A stretch of DNA of 64,000 nucleotides from Candidatus Limnocylindria bacterium (GCA_046262115.1 JBHENJ010000037.1:22993-86992); one strand, 5' to 3'; positions 37,439 through 48,873 are shown, counted from the first letter of the stretch. The notes: a model not told the origin generated them from the letters alone. Numbers and translations: made by a program.

Positions 37439-38712
37439 GCCACGTCGTAGAGCTTCAGGCGTCCCTGCTCGATGTCCGCGTCCAGGCTGGCCATCATCTC
37501 CTGCCACGGCTGGATGTCCCACTCCGCGACGAAGGTGATGGCGGTGCCTTCCTTGCCGGCGCGGCCAGTGCGGCCGATGCGGTGCACGTACGTCTCCGCG
37601 TCCTCCGGGATGTCGTAGTTCAGGACGTACGGAAGGTCGGTGATGTCCAGGCCGCGCGACGCGACGTTCGTGGCGATGAGGAGCTGGAACTTGCCGGCCT
37701 TGAAGTCGGCGAGCGTCCGGTCGCGCTCTCGCTGCGAGAGGCCGCCGTGGAGCGCCGCCGCGCGCTTGCCGCGCCCTTTGAGGCTCGCGGCCAAGCGGTC
37801 GACGCCGATCTGGGTGTGCCGGAAGACGAGCAGCCGATCGAAACCGAAGTCCTCGACCAGCTCGATCAGCGCCGCGACCTTATCCCGCTCCGCGACCTCG
37901 TAGTAGAGCTGCTTCACGGTGTCGACCGGCTGGAGCATGGGCGCGACGCTGATGTGATCGGCGTCGTGGCGCATGAATCGGTCGCAGATGCGGAGGATGG
38001 CGTACGGCATCGTGGCGCTGAAGAGCGCCGTCTGCCGATGGCGAGGGCACCGCGCCAGGATCGTCTCGACGTCGACGATGAAGCCCATGTCGAGCATGCG
38101 ATCGGCCTCGTCGAGGATGACGACCGATACGTGCGCGAGGTCGAGCTCGCGACGCCGGATGAGATCGAGGACGCGCCCCGGCGTGCCGACCACCATCTGT
38201 GCCCCGGCGGCGAGGCCGCGGATCTGGCGGTCCATGCTCGAGCCGCCGTAGATGGCGACCGGTCGCACGTTGCGGAACTGACCGAGCTTGGCGATCTCGT
38301 CGGTGACCTGCACGCACAGCTCGCGCGTCGGAGTGAGGATGAGCGCCTGAACGTGGCGGGCGGCGGGGTCGATGTGCTGCACGATGGGAATTCCGAAGGC
38401 GGCGGTCTTGCCCGTGCCCGTCTGCGCCTGTCCGATCAGGTCGTGCCCCGCCTGGAGCACCGGGATCGAACGCGCCTGGACCTCGGTCGGCTCGGTGTAG
38501 CCCATCCGCTCGAGGGCGCGCGCGATGGTCACCGGGATCGGAATCTCGCCGAACCGATGGGCCGGGAAGGCGGCGACCGCTGCGGTCAGCTCGTCTGCGT
38601 CCGGGGCTGGTGCGTTGCCTGCGCCGTTGGTGTGGTCTGGTCGTTGGGCGGGAGCGGAGCGGCCCCTGCGCCTTGGTGGCCCTGTGGGGGCCCGGCGATG
38701 TGTTTCTAGCAA
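37435..38712 (-). CDS. DEAD-box ATP-dependent RNA helicase
   Basis: Q motif, AQTGTGKT, DEAD, SAT, HRIGRTGRAG motifs. Confidence 0.85.
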   Translation of the reverse strand: MLETHRRAPTGPPRRRGRSAPAQRPDHTNGAGNAPAPDADELTAAVAAFPAHRFGEIPIPVTIARALERMGYTEPTEVQARSIPVLQAGHDLIGQAQTGTGKTAAFGIPIVQHIDPAARHVQALILTPTRELCVQVTDEIAKLGQFRNVRPVAIYGGSSMDRQIRGLAAGAQMVVGTPGRVLDLIRRRELDLAHVSVVILDEADRMLDMGFIVDVETILARCPRHRQTALFSATMPYAILRICDRFMRHDADHISVAPMLQPVDTVKQLYYEVAERDKVAALIELVEDFGFDRLLVFRHTQIGVDRLAASLKGRGKRAAALHGGLSQRERDRTLADFKAGKFQLLIATNVASRGLDITDLPYVLNYDIPEDAETYVHRIGRTGRAGKEGTAITFVAEWDIQPWQEMMASLDADIEQGRLKLYDVA

Positions 38713-38774
38713 ATCTTCTCCATTACTTCGCGCACCGTACCACGCGAAGGGCCGATCGCGCGAGCGGCGTGCGC

Positions 38775-39530
38775 TCAGTCGAGCGTCAGCAGGAGGGCCA
38801 TGATCGCCACGCCGCCGAGCACGCCGGCGAGCTGGAGGACGGAACGGAGCGCCTCGGGCTCCTTGTGGAGCTCGGGGAAGAGATCGGTGCTGGCGATGTA
38901 GATGAAGCCGCCGGCGGTGATCGGCAGCAACACCCGCTCGAAGCCGGCCGTGGCCGAGGCGACAACCAGGGTCACGCCAGCTCCCAGCACTGCCGCCAGC
39001 GCGCTGAGCAGGTTAAGCGCGAGCGCGCGCCGCGTGCCGAGGCCGGCGTGGATCAGGATCCCGAAGTCGCCGAGCTCCTGCGGGATCTCGTGGAGCGCGA
39101 CGGCGAGCGCGGTCGCGACCCCGAGCCCCGGCGACAGGAGGAATGCGCCGGCGACGATCCCGCCGTCGATGAAGTTGTGGAGCGCATCGCCCACGAGGTT
39201 GGTCGCAGCCACGGGATGCAGCACGCGCGGGTCCTCGGACGGTACGTGCGCGTGGTGCCAGTGCAGGATCTTCTCGAGGACGAAGAACAGCACCATCCCG
39301 CCCAGCAAGCCGAACGACGCGAACAGGTCGAGCCCGGACTCGGACTCGGCGAGCTCGGGGATGAGATGGAGGAACGCGTCGCCGAGAAGGGCGCCGGCGG
39401 CGAACGCGATCAGCGTGGGAAGGACCCGGCGCAGCGTGCCCGGCCGCAGGACGAGCGTGATCGCACCGACGAGCGAGACAAGGCTGATCCCCAGGACCGC
39501 GACGAGGGTGGATGCCCAGACGGTCAGCAT
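38775..39530 (-). CDS. ZIP-family zinc/iron permease (ZupT-like)
   Basis: ZIP signature HEIPQELGDF, His-rich loop; start at MLTVWAS. Confidence 0.8.
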   Translation of the reverse strand: MLTVWASTLVAVLGISLVSLVGAITLVLRPGTLRRVLPTLIAFAAGALLGDAFLHLIPELAESESGLDLFASFGLLGGMVLFFVLEKILHWHHAHVPSEDPRVLHPVAATNLVGDALHNFIDGGIVAGAFLLSPGLGVATALAVALHEIPQELGDFGILIHAGLGTRRALALNLLSALAAVLGAGVTLVVASATAGFERVLLPITAGGFIYIASTDLFPELHKEPEALRSVLQLAGVLGGVAIMALLLTLD

Positions 39531-39570
39531 GCCGTCCGGTTCCGCGGGCGAGCGCGCGTCGGATTGCCCC

Positions 39571-40668
39571 TCAGAAGAGGGGTGCGGTGTGCCCCGCCGC
39601 CGCTGCCGCCTCTTCGGCCCGGCTCTCGCGGCCGTCCCCGACCGGCTGGTACTGCCCCTCGTCGCCGGGCACCGCGGGCGGCGCATCCTCGTACCCGTTC
39701 GGATGCGCCTGCTTCCACGCCCAGGCGTCAGCGATCATCTCGTCGAGCTTCGAGACGCGTGGCTGCCAGCCGAGCTCGCGTCGCGCTCGACGGGAGCTCG
39801 CCACGAGCACGGGCGGGTCACCCATGCGGCGCCGAACGACGCGGGCCGGGATCGCGCGGCCGGTAACGCGGCGCGCCGCCTCGATGACCTCCTTGACGCT
39901 GAACCCGGCGGCAGAGCCGAGGTTGTAGACCTCGAGACTCGCTTCGCCCTCGCCGGTGGCGTCGAGCGCGAGCAGGTGCGCCTGCCCGAGGTCGCGGACG
40001 TGGATGAAGTCGCGGATGCACGAGCCGTCCGGGGTCGGGTAGTCCTGCCCGTAGATCTGGACGTGACCGCTCTCGCCGGCCGCGACGCGCAGCACCAGCG
40101 GAATGAGGTGCGTCTCGGGGCGGTGGTCCTCCCCGTTGCGCTCGGTCGCGCCGGCGCAGTTGAAGTACCGAAGACTGATGCAGCGGAACCCGTGCGCGGC
40201 CGCGAACCAGCGCATCGCGCCCTCGAAGGCGAGCTTGGTCGCGCCGTACGGGTTGATGGGGTCGGTGCGATCGGACTCCGCGATCGGCACGCGGCGCGGC
40301 TCGCCGTACACCGCTGCGGTCGAGCTGAACACGAGACGGGTGACGCCGGTGTCACGCATGGCCTCGAGGAGGCTCACGCCGGCCGAGACGTTGTTGCGGT
40401 AATAAGCCGCCGGGTCGTTCATCGACTCCGCGACGAGCGAGCGAGCGGCGCTGTGCAGGACGGCATCGATGCGCTCGCCGCGCAGGATGTGCGCAATCCG
40501 GTAACGGTCCGCCATCTCCCCGACGACCAGGCGCGCGCCGGATAGATCGGCCTTCGGGTGTCCGGTGCTGAGGTTGTCGAGGACGACGACCTCATGGCCC
40601 GCTTCGACGAGGGACTCGACGGTGGTTGAGCCGACGTAGCCCGCTCCGCCCACGACGAGGATCCGCAA
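39571..40668 (-). CDS. galE: UDP-glucose 4-epimerase
   Basis: N-terminal GGAGYVGS Rossmann, YxxxK SDR motif. Confidence 0.9.
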   Translation of the reverse strand: MRILVVGGAGYVGSTTVESLVEAGHEVVVLDNLSTGHPKADLSGARLVVGEMADRYRIAHILRGERIDAVLHSAARSLVAESMNDPAAYYRNNVSAGVSLLEAMRDTGVTRLVFSSTAAVYGEPRRVPIAESDRTDPINPYGATKLAFEGAMRWFAAAHGFRCISLRYFNCAGATERNGEDHRPETHLIPLVLRVAAGESGHVQIYGQDYPTPDGSCIRDFIHVRDLGQAHLLALDATGEGEASLEVYNLGSAAGFSVKEVIEAARRVTGRAIPARVVRRRMGDPPVLVASSRRARRELGWQPRVSKLDEMIADAWAWKQAHPNGYEDAPPAVPGDEGQYQPVGDGRESRAEEAAAAAGHTAPLF

Positions 40669-40762
40669 TAGGGCCTCCCTTGTGCACGGAACGAGGCTAT
40701 CCCGCCGGTCGAGGTTGGTTCGGGCGCACGATTGTAGCAGCCACTCGCCGGCTGCAACCCGA

Positions 40763-42172
40763 CTACTTCGTCGGCTCGCCGGCCTCGGTCGATGGCGCCA
40801 ACCTTCCCGAAGCGGAAAGGTCTTCGCGGGCGATCGCGAGCAGCTCGTCGCGACGGTTGCGCGTGGGATCCTCCATCACGACGTCGAGCAGCCGATGCAG
40901 CAGCCTCCCGATGCGCGGGCCGGCCTCGAGCCCCAGCTCGTCCATCAAGACTTTCCCGTCGATGGCGAGCTGGCGCGTCTCGACCGCTGCGTCGCGCATC
41001 GCCACGTCGATGCGCCGCTCCAGCTCGGAGAGGCCGCCGCGCGGGGGCTCCGCGACGCCTGACGCGGCGTTGTCTGCGCGCCGCAACGCGAAGAGGTCGG
41101 CGAGCTGGTCGCTGCCGACGCGGCGGACGAAACGGCGCACGGCCGCATCGGTCCAATCGGGTGCATAGGCGAACATGTGGTGCCGAACCAGGTGCGTGAC
41201 ACGTTCGATCTCGGCGCGCGAGTACCGAAACCGCTCGAGGATGCCGCGCGCGAGGTCCGCGCCCACGACCTCGTGGCCGACGAACCGATCCTCGACCAGA
41301 GTCTGCGGCTTTCCGAGGTCGTGCAGCAGACCCGCTAGCCGCAACACCGGGTCGTCGGCGGGCAGCGCGTCCATCGTTCGCAGCGAGTGGTCGAGCGCAT
41401 CGCCCGGGAGCGCCTTGGCCTGCAGGACGCCGCGCAGCGCGGCGACCTCCGGCAGCAGCTCGCCCAGGAGCCGCAGCTCCTCCATCAGCGCGAACGCGAC
41501 CGATGGGGGCGGCTCACGCGAGCCGAGGATGCGGCCTAGCTCGTCGCGCACGCGCTCCCCGGAGAGCAGGCGCGCGTCGGCGGCGCGGCGGGCGATCGCC
41601 TCGCGCGTCGCGCTCTCCAGACGCAGGCCGAGCCGGAACGCGAAGCGGACCGCGCGCAGGAGGCGGAGCGCGTCCTCGGAGAGGCGTCGATCCGGGTCGC
41701 CGACCGCGCGCAGGATGCCCGCCCGCAGGTCATCTCGCCCGCCGTGCGAGTCGATCAGCTCCCCGTCCCGCGCCACGCCGCCGTCGGTCGCGTCGCCACG
41801 CCCGGTCGGCGACCATGCCATGGCGTTGATCGTGAAGTCGCGGCGCTGGAGATCCTGGAGCAGACCCGCGCCGAAGCGGACGACGTCGGGGCGGCGGTGA
41901 TCGGCGTACGTGCCCTCGCTCCGGAACGGTGTGACCTGGAGGACGACGCCGTTACGCCGCACCGTGACGGTTCCGAATCGGTTCTCGAGCGAGGACCCCG
42001 CGAAGAGCTCCAGGGTGCGCTCGGGATCGGCCGCCGTCGCGACGTCCCAATCCCCCGGCCGCTCGCCGCGCACGAGGTCGCGCACGCACCCGCCGACCAG
42101 GACAGCCTCGTGCCCGGCGTCGATCAGCACGTCGAGCGCCTCCGACACGGGCGCCGGCAACTCCAGCCGCAT
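40763..42172 (-). CDS. cca: CCA tRNA nucleotidyltransferase (Pol-beta NT + HD domain)
   Basis: LVGGCVRDLV head motif, HD domain (HDLGK). Confidence 0.8.
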   Translation of the reverse strand: MRLELPAPVSEALDVLIDAGHEAVLVGGCVRDLVRGERPGDWDVATAADPERTLELFAGSSLENRFGTVTVRRNGVVLQVTPFRSEGTYADHRRPDVVRFGAGLLQDLQRRDFTINAMAWSPTGRGDATDGGVARDGELIDSHGGRDDLRAGILRAVGDPDRRLSEDALRLLRAVRFAFRLGLRLESATREAIARRAADARLLSGERVRDELGRILGSREPPPSVAFALMEELRLLGELLPEVAALRGVLQAKALPGDALDHSLRTMDALPADDPVLRLAGLLHDLGKPQTLVEDRFVGHEVVGADLARGILERFRYSRAEIERVTHLVRHHMFAYAPDWTDAAVRRFVRRVGSDQLADLFALRRADNAASGVAEPPRGGLSELERRIDVAMRDAAVETRQLAIDGKVLMDELGLEAGPRIGRLLHRLLDVVMEDPTRNRRDELLAIAREDLSASGRLAPSTEAGEPTK

Positions 42173-42192
42173 CGGCGCCCGGCGATCGGCGC

Positions 42193-42732
42193 TCAGTCGC
42201 TCCGCGGCAGAGCCTCCTGCCCGGCGAGGACGAGATAGTTGCGCCACGGGTCGTTGTGCTCGTCTGCGAGGTACGACCCGAACAGGTAGGCGTGGTCGGC
42301 GCGCGGCACGCGCGGCTCGCGGAGGAGCTTCATGCGCGCGTCAGACAGCGTCTTGGACCCCTTCCGGTGGTTGCACACCCGACAGGCCGCGACCAGGTTG
42401 TCCCAGTCATGCCGCCCACCGCGATGCTTGGGCACGACGTGGTCAAGCGTGAGGTCGCGCGTCGATTGCCCGCAGTACTGGCAGGTGTGCCGGTCGCGGG
42501 TGAAGACCTCGCGGCGCGTGAGACGGACGCGCGGGCGGGGCCGCTTCACCAGGTAGACCAGGCGGATGACCGAGGGCGCGTGGAGGCTGCGCGACGGCGT
42601 GTGGATGATCAGGTGGTTGAGCTCGAGCACCTCGGCCTTCTCCGCGCCGAGCAGATTGAACGCACGGCGGATGTCGCACACGTTGAGTGGCTCGTAATTC
42701 GAGTTGAGCACTAGTACCGGTGCGTTCGTCAC
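42193..42732 (-). CDS. HNH endonuclease family protein
   Basis: CQYCG...LDHVVP...H...[11 protein letters not shown]/zinc motif. Confidence 0.7.
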   Translation of the reverse strand: MTNAPVLVLNSNYEPLNVCDIRRAFNLLGAEKAEVLELNHLIIHTPSRSLHAPSVIRLVYLVKRPRPRVRLTRREVFTRDRHTCQYCGQSTRDLTLDHVVPKHRGGRHDWDNLVAACRVCNHRKGSKTLSDARMKLLREPRVPRADHAYLFGSYLADEHNDPWRNYLVLAGQEALPRSD

Positions 42733-42872
42733 GGGAAGCCTCCGCGCGGGATGATAGCCGAGACGCGGCGTTGTCCCCGGGAGACGCGAATTCGGCTCGC
42801 CAGAGCAGTCGCCGGCGCGGCTGCGGCGGAGGAAGGCCTCGTGGAGGGCGGCGGTACAATGTCAAGCACACC

Positions 42873-43763
42873 ATGACCACCATCGAGACCTCGACCTGGG
42901 TGACCAAGGTCGGCCTGGCCAAGATGCTCAAGGGCGGCGTCATCATGGACGTCGTCAACGCCGAGCACGCCCGCATCGCCGAGGACGCGGGGGCGGTGGC
43001 GGTGATGGCGCTCGAACGCGTGCCGTCCGACATTCGCAAGTTCGGTGGCGTGGCGCGCATGAGCGATCCGCGGATGATCGAGTCGATCATGGGCGCGGTG
43101 AGCATTCCGGTGATGGCCAAGTGCCGCATCGGTCACTTCGCGGAGGCGCAGATCCTCGAGTCGCTGGGCGTCGACTACATCGACGAGTCCGAGGTGCTCA
43201 CGCCCGCCGACGAGGAGCATCACATCGACAAGACCCAGTTCAAGGTGCCGTTCGTGTGCGGCTGCCGCGACCTCGGGGAGGCGCTGCGCCGCATAGGCGA
43301 GGGTGCCGCCATGATCCGGACGAAGGGCGAGGCGGGCACCGGCAACATCGTCGAGGGCGTGCGCCACATGCGCGCCGTACAAAGGGGCATCCGCCAGCTC
43401 CAGTCGATGCGTGAGGACGAGCTCTTCGCCGCCGCGAAGGAGCTGCGCGCGCCAAACGAGGTGGTCAAGGAGACCGCGGAGCGCGGTGAGCTTCCGGTCC
43501 CCAACTTCGCCGCGGGCGGGATCGCCACGCCGGCGGACGCCTCACTCATGATGCAGCTCGGCGCCGAGGCGGTCTTCGTGGGGAGCGGGATCTTCAAGAG
43601 CGAGGACCCCGAGCGCGTGGCCAAGGCGATCGTCAAGGCCACCACCCACTATCAGAATCCCGACGTGCTGGCCGAGGTCAGCGCGGGCCTGGGTGAGCCG
43701 ATGCGCGGACTCGAGCTCTCGGAGATCCCCGTCGAGGAGCGCCTGGCCGTCCGAGGCTGGTGA
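42873..43763 (+). CDS. pdxS: pyridoxal 5'-phosphate synthase lyase subunit
   Basis: ATG at 42873 (MTTIETS...[18 protein letters not shown]). Confidence 0.9.
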   Translation: MTTIETSTWVTKVGLAKMLKGGVIMDVVNAEHARIAEDAGAVAVMALERVPSDIRKFGGVARMSDPRMIESIMGAVSIPVMAKCRIGHFAEAQILESLGVDYIDESEVLTPADEEHHIDKTQFKVPFVCGCRDLGEALRRIGEGAAMIRTKGEAGTGNIVEGVRHMRAVQRGIRQLQSMREDELFAAAKELRAPNEVVKETAERGELPVPNFAAGGIATPADASLMMQLGAEAVFVGSGIFKSEDPERVAKAIVKATTHYQNPDVLAEVSAGLGEPMRGLELSEIPVEERLAVRGW

Positions 43764-44395
43764 CGCGGGCGATGGCCCATCGAGATCCGTCGACGCCCGC
43801 GCGCGTGGGCGTCCTCGCGCTGCAGGGCGCGGTCCGCGAGCACGCCGAGGCGATCCGCGATGCGGGCTGCGAGCCCGTGGAGGTGCGACTCCCCGAGGAC
43901 CTGCGCGACGTCGACGCGCTCATCCTTCCCGGTGGCGAGAGCACCGCGATCCGGAAGCTGATCGACCACGCCGGTCTCCGCGAGCCGATCCTGGACGCGG
44001 CACGCGAGGGACGGCCGATGCTCGGCACCTGCGCCGGGATGATCCTGCTGGCGTCCGAGATCGCCGATGGCGACGAGTGGGTCTTCGGCCTGCTCGACAT
44101 CACCGTGCGAAGGAACGCCTTCGGCCGTCAGATCGCCTCGTTCGAGACCGATCTCGACGTTCCGTCGTTGGGCGACGCTCCGATGCACGCCGTATTCATC
44201 CGCGCGCCGGTGGTCGAGCATGCTCGGCCGGGCGTGGAGGTGTTGGCGCGCGACGAGCGCGGCCGCGCGGTCGCGGTGCGCCAGGGCTCGCTGCTCGCGA
44301 CCGCGTTCCACCCCGAGCTCACGCCGGACCGCCGGTTCCACCGGCTGCTCGCGTCACTCATCACCGAGCCGGCGCCCGCCGAGGCGCCGGCTTGA
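43760..44395 (+). CDS. pdxT: pyridoxal 5'-phosphate synthase glutaminase subunit
   Basis: [23 protein letters not shown] motifs; start overlaps pdxS stop. Confidence 0.9.
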   Translation: MTRAMAHRDPSTPARVGVLALQGAVREHAEAIRDAGCEPVEVRLPEDLRDVDALILPGGESTAIRKLIDHAGLREPILDAAREGRPMLGTCAGMILLASEIADGDEWVFGLLDITVRRNAFGRQIASFETDLDVPSLGDAPMHAVFIRAPVVEHARPGVEVLARDERGRAVAVRQGSLLATAFHPELTPDRRFHRLLASLITEPAPAEAPA

Positions 44396-45390
44396 TCCGT
44401 AACGCGCGCCTCACCGACCGCCCTGCGCTCGCCGAGCTGGCGCGGCGCGTCGCTGAGCGCGGCAACGACGACCGCCACACGCTGGGCCTCCCCGGTCGGC
44501 GCGAGGACACCGAGCGCGTCCCCCTGGCGACGCTGATCCCTTCGTGGCTGCCGCTGCGCGCGCCGTCGCTGCATCTCGTGTACGAGGAAAACGGGCGCAT
44601 CATGGGGAGCTGCCGCGCGCTCGAAGAGCCACACCGCCCGGACTGGGTGATCGTCGAGCTCGACGCCGGCGACCATCCGATGGCCTCGGAGGTCCGCTTC
44701 CAGCTCCTCCAGGGCGTCGTCGCGGAGGGTGCGCAGCGTCACGTCGCGCGCTTCCACGCCGCGTGCTCGGCAGCGCCCGAGAACCTCGAGCTATTCAACC
44801 AGCTCGCGTTCGTCGCGTATGCCGAGGAGCAGATCCTCTACCGCGCGCCTGACGCCACACGCAGCGGCGCTAACGGCGCGCCCGGCGGCGGCGCCGACGA
44901 GTTCGTCCCGGCCCAGCCGGCGCATGCGTGGCACATGTTCCGACTCTGGTCGGAGGTGACGCCACCCACGGTCGCGCGCACCGACGGGTATCGCGCCGCC
45001 GACTGGGAGACCGCCGATCGCGAGGCGGTCGTGCCGCGCAGCAGCCTGACGCCGCTGCTTCGCTTCGCCGACGTCCGGTCGTGGCTGCTCCCCGACGACG
45101 GTGGAGCGGCGGCGTTCGTCCAGCACGGGCTCAGCCGGCGCGGACCGCACTACCTGCGCATGCTCGCGGGACCCCGGATCGATCCGGCGCGCGTCGTGGC
45201 CGCCGCGATCTCGGCAGCCGGTCCGGCGGCGCGGCGCGCCGGGATCCTGACCCCGGTGCGGACCTACGAGCCGCCGCTGCGGATCGCGGCAGAGGACGTA
45301 GGATTCGAGCTCGCCGGCGTCGTGACGCTGCTGATCCGCGAGGTGCGCGCCTCGGTCCGACAGCCCGCCATGGTTCCGGCGGTACAGTGA
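44392..45390 (+). CDS. GNAT-like acetyltransferase-fold protein (two-domain, hypothetical)
   Basis: TTG start overlapping pdxT stop; N-terminal GNAT-like region; listed longer ORF N-terminus overlaps pdxS/T and is rejected. Confidence 0.45.
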   Translation: MIRNARLTDRPALAELARRVAERGNDDRHTLGLPGRREDTERVPLATLIPSWLPLRAPSLHLVYEENGRIMGSCRALEEPHRPDWVIVELDAGDHPMASEVRFQLLQGVVAEGAQRHVARFHAACSAAPENLELFNQLAFVAYAEEQILYRAPDATRSGANGAPGGGADEFVPAQPAHAWHMFRLWSEVTPPTVARTDGYRAADWETADREAVVPRSSLTPLLRFADVRSWLLPDDGGAAAFVQHGLSRRGPHYLRMLAGPRIDPARVVAAAISAAGPAARRAGILTPVRTYEPPLRIAAEDVGFELAGVVTLLIREVRASVRQPAMVPAVQ

Positions 45391-45398
45391 CCGGCGCC

Positions 45399-47204
45399 AT
45401 GCAGGAACAACCTCAGCGACCGCACGACCGTCGCGAGGCGACCGACGACCTCGACGCGCTCATGGCGGCGCTGCCGCCGGAGATCACCCAGCGCCTCGCA
45501 TCGTTCGTGAACCGCGCGGACCTGCTCGAGATCGTCCTCGACCTGGGACGCAAGCCGGAGGCGCGCTTCATCCACGGCGAGGAGGTGCTGCTCGACCGTG
45601 AGGTCGAGGAAGCCGATCTCGCCTACGTGACGGGGCACATCGGCGTCTTCGGCGACGACAACCGCGCCGGCATCGAGCGCACGCTCCACCGCATCAGCGC
45701 CCTGCGCAATCGAGCCGGCAAGATCGTGGGCCTGACGTGCCGCATCGGTCGCGCGGTATTCGGGACGATCGACATCATCCGCGACATCGTCGAGTCGGGG
45801 CAGAGCATCCTGATCCTGGGACGCCCCGGCATCGGTAAGACGACCATGCTCCGCGAGGTCGCGCGGGTGCTGGCCGATGACGCCGGGAAGCGCGTGATCG
45901 TGGTCGACACCAGCAACGAGATCGCCGGCGATGGCGACATCCCGCACCCCGGCATCGGCGACGCGCGGCGAATGCAGGTCCGCACGCCGAATCTCCAGCA
46001 CAACGTGATGATCGAGGCGGTCGAGAACCACATGCCCGAGGTCATCGTGATCGACGAGATCGGCACGGAACTGGAGGCGCAGGCGGCGCGCACGATCGCC
46101 GAGCGCGGCGTCCAGCTTGTCGGCACGGCGCACGGCAAGACGCTCGACAACCTGATGCTCAATCCGACCCTCTCCGACCTCGTGGGCGGCATCCAGACCG
46201 TCACGCTGGGCGACGAGGAGGCGCGCCGCCGCGGCACGCAGAAGAGCGTGCTCGAGCGCAAGGCGCCGCCCACGTTCGACGTATTGGTCGAGATCGTCGA
46301 CCGCGACCGGGTGATCGTGCACCGCAACGTGGCCGAGACCGTCGACGCCATCCTGCGCGGCCAGATGGTCCCGCCCGAGGGGCGATGGCGCGACGAGAGC
46401 GGCGAGCTGCAGGCGGCCGTTCGCTATGACTACCAGATCAGCGAGACCGCGGCCGGCAACCCGGCCTTCCTGCCGCTCGAGCCGGCCGGCGGATACGGGA
46501 GCTTCGGCCGCAACTCGAGGAGCGGCTACGGCCGCGAGAGCTCGACGCGGACGCTTTCGGGGTTCAACGGCGGGCGGAGCAGGGGACGCACGCCGCACGG
46601 GGCGCGCGGCGACAATCAGCCCGACCTGCGCGAGGTGACGAGCGCGATGCCGCCCGCGGACGACGTCGGACAGGGCGCGGCGGCGGTGACGTTCGGCGAG
46701 GCGGCCGCGCCACGCGCGAGCGGAAGCCATCGGCCGATGACCGTCTTCCCGTTCGGTGTGAGCCGCAAGCGTTTCGAGCAGGCAGTGCGCGAGCTTGCCG
46801 TCCCGGTGACCGTGGCGCGTGACATGGACGACTCCGATGCGGTCATCACGCTGCGCAACTACTACCGCCGGAAGCCGGCCGTGCTGCGCGAGGCGGAATC
46901 GGCGGGCGTCCCGATCTACGTCCTCAAGAGCAACACCATCCTCCAGATCCAGAACATGCTGGCCAGCCTGTTCGATCTCGACGTCGACCCGCGGGAGGCC
47001 GCGCTGCGCGAGACCGAGGAGGCGATCGGCATCGCGCAGACGAGCGGACGGCCCGTGGAGCTGGCGCCGCAGAACGCGTACATCCGCCGCCTCCAGCACC
47101 AGATGGCCGAGCGGCACAACCTGATGAGCCGATCGCGCGGGAGCGAGCCGCACCGTCGCGTCGAGCTCGTGCCGGAGGACGGCAGCTCGGCGTCGTGGCG
47201 CTGA
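45399..47204 (+). CDS. Ycf45/SpoIIIAA-like AAA ATPase with C-terminal R3H domain
   Basis: P-loop GRPGIGKTT, Walker B VIVIDEIG; long low-complexity linker; C-terminal R3H-like motif ([13 protein letters not shown]). Confidence 0.65.
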   Translation: MQEQPQRPHDRREATDDLDALMAALPPEITQRLASFVNRADLLEIVLDLGRKPEARFIHGEEVLLDREVEEADLAYVTGHIGVFGDDNRAGIERTLHRISALRNRAGKIVGLTCRIGRAVFGTIDIIRDIVESGQSILILGRPGIGKTTMLREVARVLADDAGKRVIVVDTSNEIAGDGDIPHPGIGDARRMQVRTPNLQHNVMIEAVENHMPEVIVIDEIGTELEAQAARTIAERGVQLVGTAHGKTLDNLMLNPTLSDLVGGIQTVTLGDEEARRRGTQKSVLERKAPPTFDVLVEIVDRDRVIVHRNVAETVDAILRGQMVPPEGRWRDESGELQAAVRYDYQISETAAGNPAFLPLEPAGGYGSFGRNSRSGYGRESSTRTLSGFNGGRSRGRTPHGARGDNQPDLREVTSAMPPADDVGQGAAAVTFGEAAAPRASGSHRPMTVFPFGVSRKRFEQAVRELAVPVTVARDMDDSDAVITLRNYYRRKPAVLREAESAGVPIYVLKSNTILQIQNMLASLFDLDVDPREAALRETEEAIGIAQTSGRPVELAPQNAYIRRLQHQMAERHNLMSRSRGSEPHRRVELVPEDGSSASWR

Positions 47205-47905
47205 ACGCGCTCACTCACGCCGACGCCGCGCACAGCCGCGGCCGATTCATCACCCTCGAGGGTCCCGAGGGAAGCGGAAAGACGACCGCGGCGCGCCACC
47301 TCGCCGACTGGCTGCAGCAGCGCCGCGAGCCGGTCCTGCTCACCGGGGAGCCAGGCGGGACGCCGCTCGGCCAAGAGCTGCGCCGGCTGCTCCTTCACCT
47401 CCGGGACCTGAGCCTGGACCTCGACCCGCGCGCCGACGCGCTGTTGTTCGCCGCGGGCCGCGCGCAGCACGTGGCGCGGCGGATCACGCCGTCACTCGAG
47501 AGCGGCTCGTGGGTCGTGTGCGCCCGCTACCTCGACTCGTCGATCGCGTACCAGGGCTATGGCTACGGCCTGGACGTCGACGCGCTGCGCCAGATCCAGC
47601 GCTTTGCGACACACGACCTGACACCCGACCTCACGATCCTGCTCGACGTGCCGGTGGAGATCGGCCTCACCCGCAAGCAGAGAGAGGCATGGAACCGATT
47701 CGAAAACGAGGCGGGCGCGTCCTTCCTCGACCGCGTTCGCGAGGGCTACCGCCAGCTGGCGAGCGCCGAGCCCGATCGGTTCGTGGTGATCGACGGCTCG
47801 CGGACGGTCGCCGCGGTCGACGCGGACATCCAGCGGCTGCTCCTCGAGCGGTACCCGGCCCTGACACGACCGATGGAGCCCGAAACGTCCAGAACGCCGC
47901 ACTGA
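47195..47905 (+). CDS. tmk: thymidylate kinase
   Basis: [15 protein letters not shown]-loop, DRY-like and lid motifs. Confidence 0.85.
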   Translation: MALNALTHADAAHSRGRFITLEGPEGSGKTTAARHLADWLQQRREPVLLTGEPGGTPLGQELRRLLLHLRDLSLDLDPRADALLFAAGRAQHVARRITPSLESGSWVVCARYLDSSIAYQGYGYGLDVDALRQIQRFATHDLTPDLTILLDVPVEIGLTRKQREAWNRFENEAGASFLDRVREGYRQLASAEPDRFVVIDGSRTVAAVDADIQRLLLERYPALTRPMEPETSRTPH

Positions 47906-47944
47906 CGGTGCGATAATCGGGCGCCCACGGAGGACCGCTCTGGC

Positions 47945-48274
47945 GTGAAGCTCGTCGCCGCCATCGTCCACAACGAAGACGCCGGCAGCCTGGTCGACGC
48001 GCTCCTCGAGCGCGAGCACCGCGCCACGCGCCTGCACAGCTCGGGCGGCTTCCTCAAGCAGGGCAACGCGACCATCCTGGTCGGCGTCGAGGACGACCGC
48101 GTCGACGACGTGCTCGGGATCATCTCGGCGAACTGCCACTCGCGGCGCCAGTTCGTGAACCCCATGCCGCCGATCCTCGAGCCCGGCGAGTTCTACATGC
48201 CGTACCCGGTCGAGGTGGAGGTCGGCGGCGCGACGGTCTTCGTCGTGCCCGTCGAGCGCTTCGAGCGCATCTAG
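47945..48274 (+). CDS. darA: cyclic-di-AMP receptor DarA/PstA (PII-like)
   Basis: Strong match to YaaQ/DarA incl. C-terminal YVPYPVEVEVGGATVFV; conserved tmk-darA synteny. Confidence 0.8.
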   Translation: MKLVAAIVHNEDAGSLVDALLEREHRATRLHSSGGFLKQGNATILVGVEDDRVDDVLGIISANCHSRRQFVNPMPPILEPGEFYMPYPVEVEVGGATVFVVPVERFERI

Positions 48275-48300
48275 CGCTCGCTCCGCCGTCCGATTGACCG

Positions 48301-48873
48301 ATGGCCGGCTGGATCGACGCCCTGGAGTCCAAGGCGCCGGACGTCGTGGCCGTGTGGCACGTCTGCGACGGCCCGTTCCGCGAGTTCCGTCGCGAGTTGC
48401 GGCGGCGTGCGAGCCGCGAGACGGCGGCGGGCGTACTCAAGCAGCAGGAGGCCGTCGCCGACGTGCTCCGCGACGTGCTCAAGTCGCTCCCCGACGCCGC
48501 CCTGCTGTTGCCCGGCAACGAGGGCGACTGGAACGTGGCGCAGACGTTCGCGCACACCACGGCGGCACGCCGCTTCCTCGCCCGCGGCGCCGCGCTCGCC
48601 GCGACCGGCGGCTGGCCTGCTGACGACCCGCCGACCCCGATCGCCGGCATCCCAGGCCGTGACGCCGACCGGGAGATGCTGCTCGCGCTGCTCGAAAAGT
48701 CCCGGCGCTCGATCGCGGAAAGCGCGGCGCTGATCGCCGGCCACGAAAGCGATCCATGTCCGATGGATCACCCGCTGGTCGGCCATTTGCGCTGCGGAGA
48801 GTGGCTGCTGTTCATCGGCGTCCACGACCTCATGCACCTGGAGCAGCTCGAGACGCTCGCCGCTCGTGTCTGA
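48301..48873 (+). CDS. DinB/YfiT-like (DinB_2) metal-dependent protein
   Basis: His-containing four-helix-bundle motifs (FAHTTAARRF..., HDLMHLEQ). Confidence 0.55.
   Translation: MAGWIDALESKAPDVVAVWHVCDGPFREFRRELRRRASRETAAGVLKQQEAVADVLRDVLKSLPDAALLLPGNEGDWNVAQTFAHTTAARRFLARGAALAATGGWPADDPPTPIAGIPGRDADREMLLALLEKSRRSIAESAALIAGHESDPCPMDHPLVGHLRCGEWLLFIGVHDLMHLEQLETLAARV

Noticed and set aside
38610-40545. Plus-strand ORFs 38610..39866 and 38902..40545 across the ZIP transporter and galE
   Set aside because: Arg/Pro/Ala-rich, no motifs; opposite strand carries well-supported ZIP and GalE genes
43693-44391. N-terminal 230 aa of listed ORF 43693..45390
   Set aside because: Overlaps pdxS and pdxT in another frame; real CDS begins at TTG 44392 overlapping the pdxT stop
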